DNA from: a virus
IMG/VR virus record: IMGVR_UViG_3300027969_000050
Span: 32,001-96,000 of that record
Strand: one strand, 5' to 3'
Length of the DNA: 64,000 bases
Shown: positions 18,745-26,363 of the stretch, in pieces
How positions within the stretch are numbered: the stretch's first letter is position 1
Layout of the letters: each line of letters begins with the position of its first letter
Program-made: the position numbers and the translations under genes
The notes under the pieces: generated by a model
Databases searched by the model: none
Told to the model about the DNA's origin: nothing
Seen by the model: the letters and a program-made list of their open reading frames with translations, nothing else

Positions 18745-19287
18745 ATGTCTAGTCGTACCAAGCAGCGCCCCAAGACCAAGGCCAAGGCCAAGGTAGTAAC
18801 CACACGGAAGCAGAGCATCACCAAACAGTTCCGTGCCAAGGCAATGGCTCGTGCAAAGGTTCTCGCCCCTCAGGTTCATGAGTACCATGAACTGATCGAG
18901 TTCCTCGATATGACGGCTCCGAAAGTGGCGCCGAAGCCAGAAGCAGCAAAGCCAAAGGCAAAGGCCGCGCCTAAGAGCCGTTCGCGTAAGCGCACAGCTA
19001 CCAAGGCAACAGGCAAGCGCCGAGGCGCTCCGCCGCGCAGGGCGACTGAGTTCGCCAATCTGGTAAATGAGAACCCCGGCATGACCGTCCGTGAAGCTTC
19101 AAAAAAGCTTGACGACGTAAATGAGACCTACCTGCACCGCATCGGTAAGGATCTCGTCGGTGACGGAACGCTCCGCAAGGAAGGTTCCGGGTACTACCCA
19201 GCAGGAAACGCAGTGGTCGTCGAAGCCGCTCCGGTAGTAACGGAGACCCCGGCAATGACGCCGGTTGAAACGCCAGAAGCCTTCTAG
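18745..19287 (+). CDS. basic histone-like protein with C-terminal winged HTH
   Basis: K/R/A/P-rich N-terminal half; LVNENPGMTVREASKKL..YLHRI..GTLRKEGSGYY; AGGAG SD. Confidence 0.8.
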   Translation: MSSRTKQRPKTKAKAKVVTTRKQSITKQFRAKAMARAKVLAPQVHEYHELIEFLDMTAPKVAPKPEAAKPKAKAAPKSRSRKRTATKATGKRRGAPPRRATEFANLVNENPGMTVREASKKLDDVNETYLHRIGKDLVGDGTLRKEGSGYYPAGNAVVVEAAPVVTETPAMTPVETPEAF

Positions 19288-19308
19288 GCGTTTCTTCCAT
19301 ACGCAGTA

Positions 19309-19341
19309 AGCGGCCCGCCTTTGTGCGGGCCGTTTTATTTT
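19309..19341 (+). terminator. intrinsic terminator
   Basis: GCGGCCCGC-loop-GCGGGCCGT followed by a T-rich tract. Confidence 0.8.
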
Positions 19342-19368
19342 CTCGTCCAGTTCCAATCCGTAAAGAAT

Positions 19369-19677
19369 GTGATCTGGCAAGACGCAGTTTTCTCGTTTGG
19401 AGCTTTGATATTCGCCGTAGCCTTGCTTCCGGCAATACTCACCAAGCGCTACCCGCCGATCTCAACGTGTGTTGTCACGGCTCTACTTCTCGTGGCATTC
19501 GCAGTTGCCGACGCATCGCTCGGTCTCGTGTTCGCCACCGCTTTTTCACTGCTTGACGCAGCCCTATGGGGCTATATGGGGGCTAAGCAGCTTCGTGGTA
19601 AGAGCGCTCGATCTCTTCCGAATCAAGGCTCGACACATCAAACACCCGACCAAGATGCCTTAGAAGGTCCTCAGTGA
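19369..19677 (+). CDS. small membrane protein (3 TM, PQ-loop-like size)
   Basis: three hydrophobic segments; GTG start at 19369 just after the terminator. Confidence 0.6.
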   Translation: MIWQDAVFSFGALIFAVALLPAILTKRYPPISTCVVTALLLVAFAVADASLGLVFATAFSLLDAALWGYMGAKQLRGKSARSLPNQGSTHQTPDQDALEGPQ

Positions 19678-19891
19678 GGTAGGGAGCGTCCCAATCGGTG
19701 CGACGAAGGAAAGTGTCGATGCAGGGGAAGCTAAGCGCAGTCCTCATAGCCATTGCGTAGTTTCCGCCTATAACTCCAACTGACAGGCGGTCGTGTCTGA
19801 CTTTGGCGTACAGAGACCGTGAGTCCTCTAGTTCGCCCTCCCATTGGCAGATGTGCCACTCGGACACCTTACGAAGGGCGATTATCTTCAT
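19583..19891 (-). CDS. hypothetical protein
   Basis: CQWEGELEDSRSLYAKVRHDRLSV; GGGGA SD-like before ATG 19891. Confidence 0.55.
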   Translation of the reverse strand: MKIIALRKVSEWHICQWEGELEDSRSLYAKVRHDRLSVGVIGGNYAMAMRTALSFPCIDTFLRRTDWDAPYLTEDLLRHLGRVFDVSSLDSEEIERSYHEAA

Positions 19892-20004
19892 TGTGCTTTC
19901 CCCACAGAGCATCAAACATTGCAGCGAAGATAGGGTACAAGAAAGCCGCTGTCAAATCTCCAGCGTGATGAGCGACTGTTCTAATTGGGTTCACGTTTAA
20001 ATCT

Positions 20005-21507
20005 CTACCGGTTCGCCAAATTGATGTTGGCGATGTGGGCCGTCGTTACGTCAGGCGGCTGTTGAGGATTCGGCGCATAGCGTAAAATCCAGTCCCGCGA
20101 TGGAATTTCTTTTTTGATCTCTTGGAAGGAAATCGCATCATCCGCGCTCAGTCCGTAATCGGTGCGGGTCAAGCCACGCTCGATTTCTTCCGCCGCGCCG
20201 GGAAATTCGTATTGATACGGAAGCCGGTGAACCCCGTCAGTATCGTAGGCATACTGGTCGTCATGGGTAAAGAAATGCCACGGCGTTACCGGACTCTCGA
20301 CGTATTCGCCATTGACTACATCGCGGGACGGCACGTCTACATAATGCATTCCAATACTAAGCTCAGGGTAGGCTTGCTGATGTGCAATAGCCCATTCCAA
20401 GCAACTTCCGAACATCCCATTCTCGGCTTCGTCCTCTGACGGCACCCATCGAGCGCCCAGCACATAGGAAGATTCACGAGGAGAAAGCTTCGCTAGGGGC
20501 TTATCCCAAGCGCCAGCCTTTTCTTGAATGCTTAGGTCGCCCACAACTGGCAGTCCAATGTCGGACGGATGCATGTATTGAGGAGGCGTTGGATTTCCTT
20601 GGTAGTCTTGGTAGGGTCCCACATATTGGAACCTATGACCATTAGGCTTATACGGCTTGCGAGTAGATCGAATAACGAAAACAGGAAGGGAGGTCAGGCC
20701 CAACTGTTCCGCAATTCCGACTCGGTGATTCCCTTCTGAAACGTGTGCCTCTCCAGTTAGTTCATTGAACTCAACCACGACCGGTTCCTGAACACCATTC
20801 TGGGCGATACTGTCCTTTAGTTCATCTATGGCGACACTGTCCTTCAGTGCATCTACGTCCTCTCCGAAACGGTCGTACTCGAGAAGTTCTGTCAGCAATT
20901 GAGTGGGAACGTATCCGGTAAATTCCTCCAAAAAAGCAGTCTTTTTTTGGGAAGCCTGAATTCCCGGCTTCATCTCCCTGATGCTGGACTGGTCAATTGG
21001 GTCGCTGGCCCAGTCGGCTCCTTCTCCCCAAGACAAGCACTTACAGCTTTCGTAAAGCTCGTCACATTCGGGGCAGACATGCGGGTCCTTGTCTAGGCGA
21101 CCAAACTTTGCCGTTCCAAGAAAAGAAGTCAAGGCGTCAGAGATCTGCTTCTGATCCTTTTCCGAACAGTTCCACCCTCGGGCCGTCGGAATGTTTACGT
21201 CGCCAGTGACCCGAGAAACGTGACCCCGATGAATTGGCCCAATGAGATCCCCGTCAATGGCTTGCATTATTTGTGCGTGCAAGCTTCCCGGGGGCGCTAA
21301 AAATATTTTTCTTGCGCCCATGTCAACGAGGAAAGGCGTCGTTTCGGGCTGAAAATTTTCATCATCGTCAACGTCAACCCATTGGATCTCGTATTTTGGC
21401 TCGTTAGGAGCGACAGAGTTTGGAAAGTTTCCGGGCTGAATAGACTTGCCGGAGTCCCCGTCCTCGCCCCAGTCCGAATCATAAGCATCAGAAAGACGCC
21501 GGTACAT
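20005..21507 (-). CDS. multidomain protein: repeat-family domain + Cys knuckle + ParB/Srx-like domain + putative Cys-His-Asp domain
   Basis: ELKDSIAQNGVQEPVVV..VSEGNHRVGIAEQLGLTSLPV (ParB-N); CPEC..CKC; GSCLEWA..WHFF..YDTDG. Confidence 0.75.
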   Translation of the reverse strand: MYRRLSDAYDSDWGEDGDSGKSIQPGNFPNSVAPNEPKYEIQWVDVDDDENFQPETTPFLVDMGARKIFLAPPGSLHAQIMQAIDGDLIGPIHRGHVSRVTGDVNIPTARGWNCSEKDQKQISDALTSFLGTAKFGRLDKDPHVCPECDELYESCKCLSWGEGADWASDPIDQSSIREMKPGIQASQKKTAFLEEFTGYVPTQLLTELLEYDRFGEDVDALKDSVAIDELKDSIAQNGVQEPVVVEFNELTGEAHVSEGNHRVGIAEQLGLTSLPVFVIRSTRKPYKPNGHRFQYVGPYQDYQGNPTPPQYMHPSDIGLPVVGDLSIQEKAGAWDKPLAKLSPRESSYVLGARWVPSEDEAENGMFGSCLEWAIAHQQAYPELSIGMHYVDVPSRDVVNGEYVESPVTPWHFFTHDDQYAYDTDGVHRLPYQYEFPGAAEEIERGLTRTDYGLSADDAISFQEIKKEIPSRDWILRYAPNPQQPPDVTTAHIANINLANR

Positions 21508-21509
21508 AA

Positions 21510-22331
21510 CTACGTTTTAATAATGTAGTTAAGGGCTAGGGAGGGCTGCATGTTTGGATGCGAGCCGCCGTCCCCAGTGTAATCAGTAAATCCGGTAACG
21601 GAGTGGCGATGGTCAGCGTTTTGCGGAGCGGTCCCGCCGCTGTGATTGTGGGCTGCTGGGCCGTTAGCCCCTACATCTAGGTACCCTCGCTCGAATGGTC
21701 CAACGCTCGTTCCGCCTGCAAACTTTGCGGTTCCGGCTGTACGATAAACGCCGCCAGAGCCGCCTTGATTATTCAAAGAGTGAGTATGACTCAAAGACTG
21801 GTTTTCGGTCCCCGTAGTAAAGCTGTGGGCGTGGTCGGTATCTTGGATCCCAGTTCCAAGCGTGGTACCACTGTGACGATGAGATGGGATCTGCGCTGTC
21901 GTCAGCGTATGGGATTCCGTACCAAACACGCTGGCAAGGGTTCTTGCGGTTAAGCCAGATCCGGTTCCAACTCCAACAATAGCGCGGCCCCGAAGGTCGG
22001 GAAGCGTGAAACTTCCGCCGGAGCCGCCGTATGTATAGGCGACAACAGCGAATAGGTCGGCGTAGGTCGTAGTTGATACGCTTGCACCATCACAGAGCAG
22101 ATATCCAGTTGGAGACGAGCTGCCAGCGTAGGGAAGGATTACTCCGGTGATTCCCGTGCCAGCAGCGCCAGTTGGTCCGGTAGCTCCTGTCGGTCCTCCT
22201 GAAGGCCCCGTTGGTCCTGTTGATCCGGTAGGTCCGGTGGATCCAACTGACCCTGTCGGGCCTGTTGGGCCTGTTATTCCTGTTGGTCCGGTGGGTCCTG
22301 TTTGTCCGGCCTTACGAGTAAGGCTAGTCAT
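21510..22331 (-). CDS. collagen-repeat tail-collar fibre protein
   Basis: N-terminal GPT triplets, [17 protein letters not shown] collar, several H-x-[17 protein letters not shown]. Confidence 0.9.
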   Translation of the reverse strand: MTSLTRKAGQTGPTGPTGITGPTGPTGSVGSTGPTGSTGPTGPSGGPTGATGPTGAAGTGITGVILPYAGSSSPTGYLLCDGASVSTTTYADLFAVVAYTYGGSGGSFTLPDLRGRAIVGVGTGSGLTARTLASVFGTESHTLTTAQIPSHRHSGTTLGTGIQDTDHAHSFTTGTENQSLSHTHSLNNQGGSGGVYRTAGTAKFAGGTSVGPFERGYLDVGANGPAAHNHSGGTAPQNADHRHSVTGFTDYTGDGGSHPNMQPSLALNYIIKT

Positions 22332-22798
22332 TAGCTAAGAGCCGTCCAACTAACGCCGTCGCCACTTGTCGTTGCGTCAATGTAAATCAAGCTCGGGTTT
22401 GTGATATCAATAGTTACCGTATCGCCAATACCGAGCGGCGTACCCCTGCGGGTAGGGCTTCCTTGAGTTCCGGGAGCAGCAACACAAGTAGATCCGCCAA
22501 CAACAATTGTTCCGGTGTTTGTTGACAAAGCTGTAATGATAATTTGTTTAATTGTTGCCGACGCGGCGAGGGAGGCTCGAGTTCCGGCTGTTGTGACTAC
22601 TTTAATTCCATCGGTAATTGTCGTGTTGGCAATTAAAGGAATCGTAACGGGTAAAGGATTGGCCGCCGTAACGTGACTGGCAACACCGTCTCCACCCATA
22701 TCTAGCTTTATGTACTGGTACTGCACGCCCCCAACATCGTCGGAAGCGATGTTCGCGGTTCCGGAACTAGCATTAATTATTACGTTATCAGCCATCAA
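22331..22798 (-). CDS. putative virion structural protein
   Basis: Thr/Ile/Gly-rich beta protein coupled to the fibre gene. Confidence 0.65.
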   Translation of the reverse strand: MMADNVIINASSGTANIASDDVGGVQYQYIKLDMGGDGVASHVTAANPLPVTIPLIANTTITDGIKVVTTAGTRASLAASATIKQIIITALSTNTGTIVVGGSTCVAAPGTQGSPTRRGTPLGIGDTVTIDITNPSLIYIDATTSGDGVSWTALS

Positions 22799-22871
22799 CC
22801 TTTACAGTCCCGCTAACCAGAGATTTCCGGGGTTGGTTGCGCGGAGCAATTTTGTCTGCTACCTTTCCCGA

Positions 22872-23057
22872 ATGGATACAGAACAAAACAGAGAGATAGA
22901 GTATGAGGAATATGTCAAAGCTATCTCTCTTGACAGCGAGCTAATCAAGAACGGAAAGATTGAAATTCCTTCGTTTGAAGAGTGGCTTTCTTATCAGCTT
23001 TACTCTGAGCAAATATCAGTAGGCAAATCACCTAGGAGGCAATGTGCCAGTAATTAA
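22872..23057 (+). CDS. hypothetical protein
   Basis: ATG 6 nt after a TGCTACCTT extended -10. Confidence 0.5.
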   Translation: MDTEQNREIEYEEYVKAISLDSELIKNGKIEIPSFEEWLSYQLYSEQISVGKSPRRQCASN

Positions 23058-23241
23058 ACCGCGTCGTCGTCGGGTTTGGGAAAATCCGCCAGAGAGCCGC
23101 AAGGCTTGGAAAAAGAATAAGAAGGCCGATCTTCGGAAGGCTGGCTTGGAAACTCGCCATGCGGTCAAAAAGGCCGCAGTAAAGGCAGAGAAACGGGCCG
23201 CCAAGAAGGAAGCAAGGGAGTCGGCAAATGAGAACGCTTAA
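23044..23241 (+). CDS. small highly basic protein
   Basis: AGGAGG SD; K/R/A-rich 65 aa. Confidence 0.65.
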   Translation: MPVIKPRRRRVWENPPESRKAWKKNKKADLRKAGLETRHAVKKAAVKAEKRAAKKEARESANENA

Positions 23242-23479
23242 GCTTTTTCGCTGGGTCATTGAGACGCGAGCGCATCGAACACGATTCATCGGCTTAGGCA
23301 TCGAGATTGACCCCGCAGTAGGCGGAGTCGGATTTCTCTTCTGCCTACCGCTCATTGATGTTTCGTTCGACGTTTGGAGCTTAAGCCACCTGCAAAAGGC
23401 GGCGGAGCAACTAGCGGAGTTAGTTAACGCTGAAAAGCCTGACTGGAGCATTTACGCCCCAGCCAAGCAAAAGCATTAG
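23228..23479 (+). CDS. hypothetical protein
   Basis: GGGAG SD, overlaps the upstream gene end. Confidence 0.6.
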   Translation: MRTLKLFRWVIETRAHRTRFIGLGIEIDPAVGGVGFLFCLPLIDVSFDVWSLSHLQKAAEQLAELVNAEKPDWSIYAPAKQKH

Positions 23480-23652
23480 TCGTCTCGGTTAGAAACACTG
23501 ACAATGTGGCTTGGGTTTAGCGCAAGCCGCATCTCGGCACCGTCTGGGCCAATCGTCGTTAATTCAACTAGTGGTCCTTGAAGGTCCTTGATCTCGTCTA
23601 GGCTCTCAACGACTACATAGTTGCCTTGGGTGGTACTGATTACAGTTGACAT
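23476..23652 (-). CDS. hypothetical protein (58 aa, below the ORF-track cutoff)
   Basis: AAGGAG SD, MSTVISTTQGNYVVVESLDEIK... Confidence 0.6.
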   Translation of the reverse strand: MSTVISTTQGNYVVVESLDEIKDLQGPLVELTTIGPDGAEMRLALNPSHIVSVSNRDD

Positions 23653-23695
23653 GAATTACTCCTTGTGTGGTTTGTTACAAGGTATTCTATCACAA

Positions 23696-23923
23696 CTATA
23701 GTCCGGGCTTCTGCAATACCCCCTGCAAGAGTCCTGTGGCTTGGTTTAGCAGGTTTACGGCGTTGTTTACGTCCGCATCGGGGTTATTAGCTAGAGCTTG
23801 AGTCATCTGCTGAATGGACAGCAATTGCGTGACGAGGGGCTGAAGGTTGGCGTTTTGCGCGCTTACGCGCCCCAACCCGTGACGAATCGACCGCTGCTCG
23901 TCTCTATCAAAGCTTTTAGGCAT
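23696..23923 (-). CDS. hypothetical protein (Gln/Asn-rich)
   Basis: 75-aa ORF preceded by the GTAA-N6-ATG motif. Confidence 0.6.
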   Translation of the reverse strand: MPKSFDRDEQRSIRHGLGRVSAQNANLQPLVTQLLSIQQMTQALANNPDADVNNAVNLLNQATGLLQGVLQKPGL

Positions 23924-23949
23924 CAGCCTTTACGCGGTTGTATTTGGAT

Positions 23950-23988
23950 AAAAGAAGGGCCGGGTTCCCGAGAGGTTCCCGACCCTTC
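23950..23988 (-). terminator. intrinsic terminator
   Basis: minus strand GAAGGGTCGGG...CCCGGCCCTTC-TTTT. Confidence 0.7.
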
Positions 23989-24064
23989 CCCACACAACCA
24001 TCATGGCTGGCATCACACCAGCTTGTAAAGCATAGCAGACTCCTTATGTGCTATACTATTGGCT

Positions 24065-24658
24065 ATGCCCAACTGGTGTTTAAACAAATTAGAAATTGAC
24101 GGACGACCAGAGGTGCTTTCCAGATTCTACGAGGAAAACCTCTCAGAAGAGGGAAGCTCGCTGTCATTCAGTAGATCCGTTCCGCTCATGGACCCGCTTA
24201 AGTTTGAAAGCACTTTGATTCCCTTGGCCGTAATTGTTTGGGGAACCAAATGGGACGCCTGTGAGGTAACGGCCTTTGCTGATGAGGCTTTGACCGACCC
24301 AATTGATATTGCTCGGCGCATCGGAGAAGGGGCAAAGTTCTATTACAAGTTTGACACCGCTTGGTCTCCGCCAGTCGAGTGGCTGGAGCAGATCGCCCCC
24401 AAGTATCCGGAGATCTCTTTTCGGCTGTCCTTTGTGGAGCCGGGAATGGATTTTATGGGAGAAGACGTCCATGAGAACGGGGAGCGCAAGTCTAGTTCTA
24501 GCGGCCCAATGGACTACAAGTTTGCTTCTGAGCGAGGGTTGCTATCATGGCCAGACTGTTACGGATGCGGTGATCCGCACACCGAAGAGTTTGTCAACGA
24601 AGAGCTTTGTGAGAAGTGTGCAGAGCAAGACCTAATGATGAGAGGAAAACCATCGTGA
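24065..24658 (+). CDS. YubB/DUF1281 ferredoxin-like domain protein
   Basis: MPNWCLN, WGTKWDA, FDTAWSPP, EPGMDF signature; leaderless after TGCTATACT (24049-24057). Confidence 0.85.
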   Translation: MPNWCLNKLEIDGRPEVLSRFYEENLSEEGSSLSFSRSVPLMDPLKFESTLIPLAVIVWGTKWDACEVTAFADEALTDPIDIARRIGEGAKFYYKFDTAWSPPVEWLEQIAPKYPEISFRLSFVEPGMDFMGEDVHENGERKSSSSGPMDYKFASERGLLSWPDCYGCGDPHTEEFVNEELCEKCAEQDLMMRGKPS

Positions 24659-25563
24659 ACAACCACCCAATTGATTCGATCCGTGTAGTTGAGTTCTGGG
24701 AGCAAGGTTATAACTATCGTGAAACCGGAGAGCAGTTCGGCGTAAGTCGAGAGCGTATTCGGCAGATCGTAGTCGCCTCGCACAAGAAAACCTGCCAGCT
24801 ACCTTGGATTGGACCCGGAGAGGGAGTGGCCTGTGGGTGCATCAGCGCCCATAGATCCGGTCGGGATCGCCTTCGTGGAGAAATACTGGCGAAGCATGCG
24901 GACGCAATTAAGGTTGAATACCTAAGCGGAATGCCGATGAAGGATATTGCACAAAAGCACGATCTTTCAGCCAAGGATACTCATTGGTTTGTTGAAGGTT
25001 TCTCTGAGGAAACCAAAGCAATTCGCAATTCCAATATGTGGACTGCAAACAAAACCCGAGGCACCAACGATCTTGATAAGCACATTGTGAACATCAAGTC
25101 CCTTGCCGACAAACTGGGTCGGGTTCCAACAAGGGCTGAATATGACCGCGAAGCCGCTTTGCAAGGCTGGCGCTCAGCCCAAACAATCTGCATTAGGTTT
25201 GGGTACTGGTCAAGTGCAATCAAGGCCGCTGGGCTTGTTCCAAGCAAGGTCACAGCAAGCGTGAGTAAGTCCCGGCGCGACAAGCATTGGAACGACGAGA
25301 AAGTGCTTGACGCAATGCACTACATGTATGAGGCCTATGGCGAGATCCCCCCTTTAACTCGATACCGGGAAATCTATAAGGAAGTTCCGTGGCTTCCTTC
25401 GGACCAAATGATTCGTCGCGGAAGCGGCTGGCCTGAGACGCGCCTATTGATCATGAATACGCATGATGATTGGGAGCCTAAGTTCAGCACCGACGAGCTT
25501 ATTCCGCCAACGGGAACTGGTGGCCGACCAAAGAACACAAACACAACGGAGGCAATAGCATGA
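24655..25563 (+). CDS. DNA-binding protein: sigma-r4-like HTH plus homing-endonuclease-associated repeats
   Basis: YRETGEQFGVSRERIRQI; LGRVPTRAEYD..SAQTICIRFGYWSSAIKAAGL and a second degenerate copy. Confidence 0.75.
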   Translation: MNNHPIDSIRVVEFWEQGYNYRETGEQFGVSRERIRQIVVASHKKTCQLPWIGPGEGVACGCISAHRSGRDRLRGEILAKHADAIKVEYLSGMPMKDIAQKHDLSAKDTHWFVEGFSEETKAIRNSNMWTANKTRGTNDLDKHIVNIKSLADKLGRVPTRAEYDREAALQGWRSAQTICIRFGYWSSAIKAAGLVPSKVTASVSKSRRDKHWNDEKVLDAMHYMYEAYGEIPPLTRYREIYKEVPWLPSDQMIRRGSGWPETRLLIMNTHDDWEPKFSTDELIPPTGTGGRPKNTNTTEAIA

Positions 25564-25793
25564 CTAGTATGATCAAGTTCGGAACTATTGACGCTAAGGG
25601 CAAGGTCACTAACGTTCGTATGGTTCCCAATTCGTCAGTTCACGACTGTCCATTTCGCATTCTTACCCCTTCGCATTACCGCAAGACAAAGAGTGCTAAG
25701 TGCCGATGCGATGATCCCAAGCATCTTGAAATGGCAGACAACGGTTACGTGTGGAACAAAAAGGAAGGTGTTTGGAATGCCGTGGAGCGTTGA
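25560..25793 (+). CDS. hypothetical protein
   Basis: GGAGG SD, CPF..HY..CRCDD. Confidence 0.65.
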   Translation: MTSMIKFGTIDAKGKVTNVRMVPNSSVHDCPFRILTPSHYRKTKSAKCRCDDPKHLEMADNGYVWNKKEGVWNAVER

Positions 25794-26019
25794 TCAGACC
25801 TGCCTTTACGAATACGATATCGGCCTGCTTCCAATGATCTCCGAGTGCGGAGTGCTAAGTACCTCCAAGCCATCACCTTTGACTCGTGACGAAATCGTCC
25901 CGGTCCTTGAGAAAATTGCAAAGCATTCAAGCTACCAAAAGCAGACCATTGTTTGCCATGATGAAAACTTTGATCCTATTGTCTTGCAAGATGGAAAGGT
26001 AATGAACGATGACGACTGA
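25777..26019 (+). CDS. hypothetical protein
   Basis: ATG 25777 with GAAGG upstream, in operon. Confidence 0.5.
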   Translation: MPWSVDQTCLYEYDIGLLPMISECGVLSTSKPSPLTRDEIVPVLEKIAKHSSYQKQTIVCHDENFDPIVLQDGKVMNDDD

Positions 26020-26269
26020 AACGCGCAAGCGAAAGATGCCCAAGACGGCTGTCCTATCGGCTCCGCTTAGGGAATGGCTTCTGGAAAACTATCCGACCCT
26101 AAGCGTCCTTGAACTTAGCAGGGAGATTGGGCTTCACGAAAGAACAACAAGGGCCATTGTCTTTGCCGAAAGACCGACAGTCAACATCACGCTGGTCGAT
26201 CAGGTCTTTACCAATCTTGGAAGTCCTTATCTTCTAGATGAGCTTTACCCAATGGACGAAGCGGCATGA
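26009..26269 (+). CDS. Cro/C1-like HTH protein
   Basis: LSVLELSREIGLHERTTRAI. Confidence 0.6.
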   Translation: MTTETRKRKMPKTAVLSAPLREWLLENYPTLSVLELSREIGLHERTTRAIVFAERPTVNITLVDQVFTNLGSPYLLDELYPMDEAA

Positions 26270-26363
26270 GACTAAAAGACGCCGCCTACGGAGCGTTTTT
26301 GGTCGTTGGGGCCACGCTGCTGTTCATCTTCGTTATGGGCCTCTGTAGGCTTGTTATGAGCCT

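Noticed and set aside
24655-25563. Phage sigma factor
   Set aside because: Only a region-4-like HTH at the N-terminus; no region 2 recognisable
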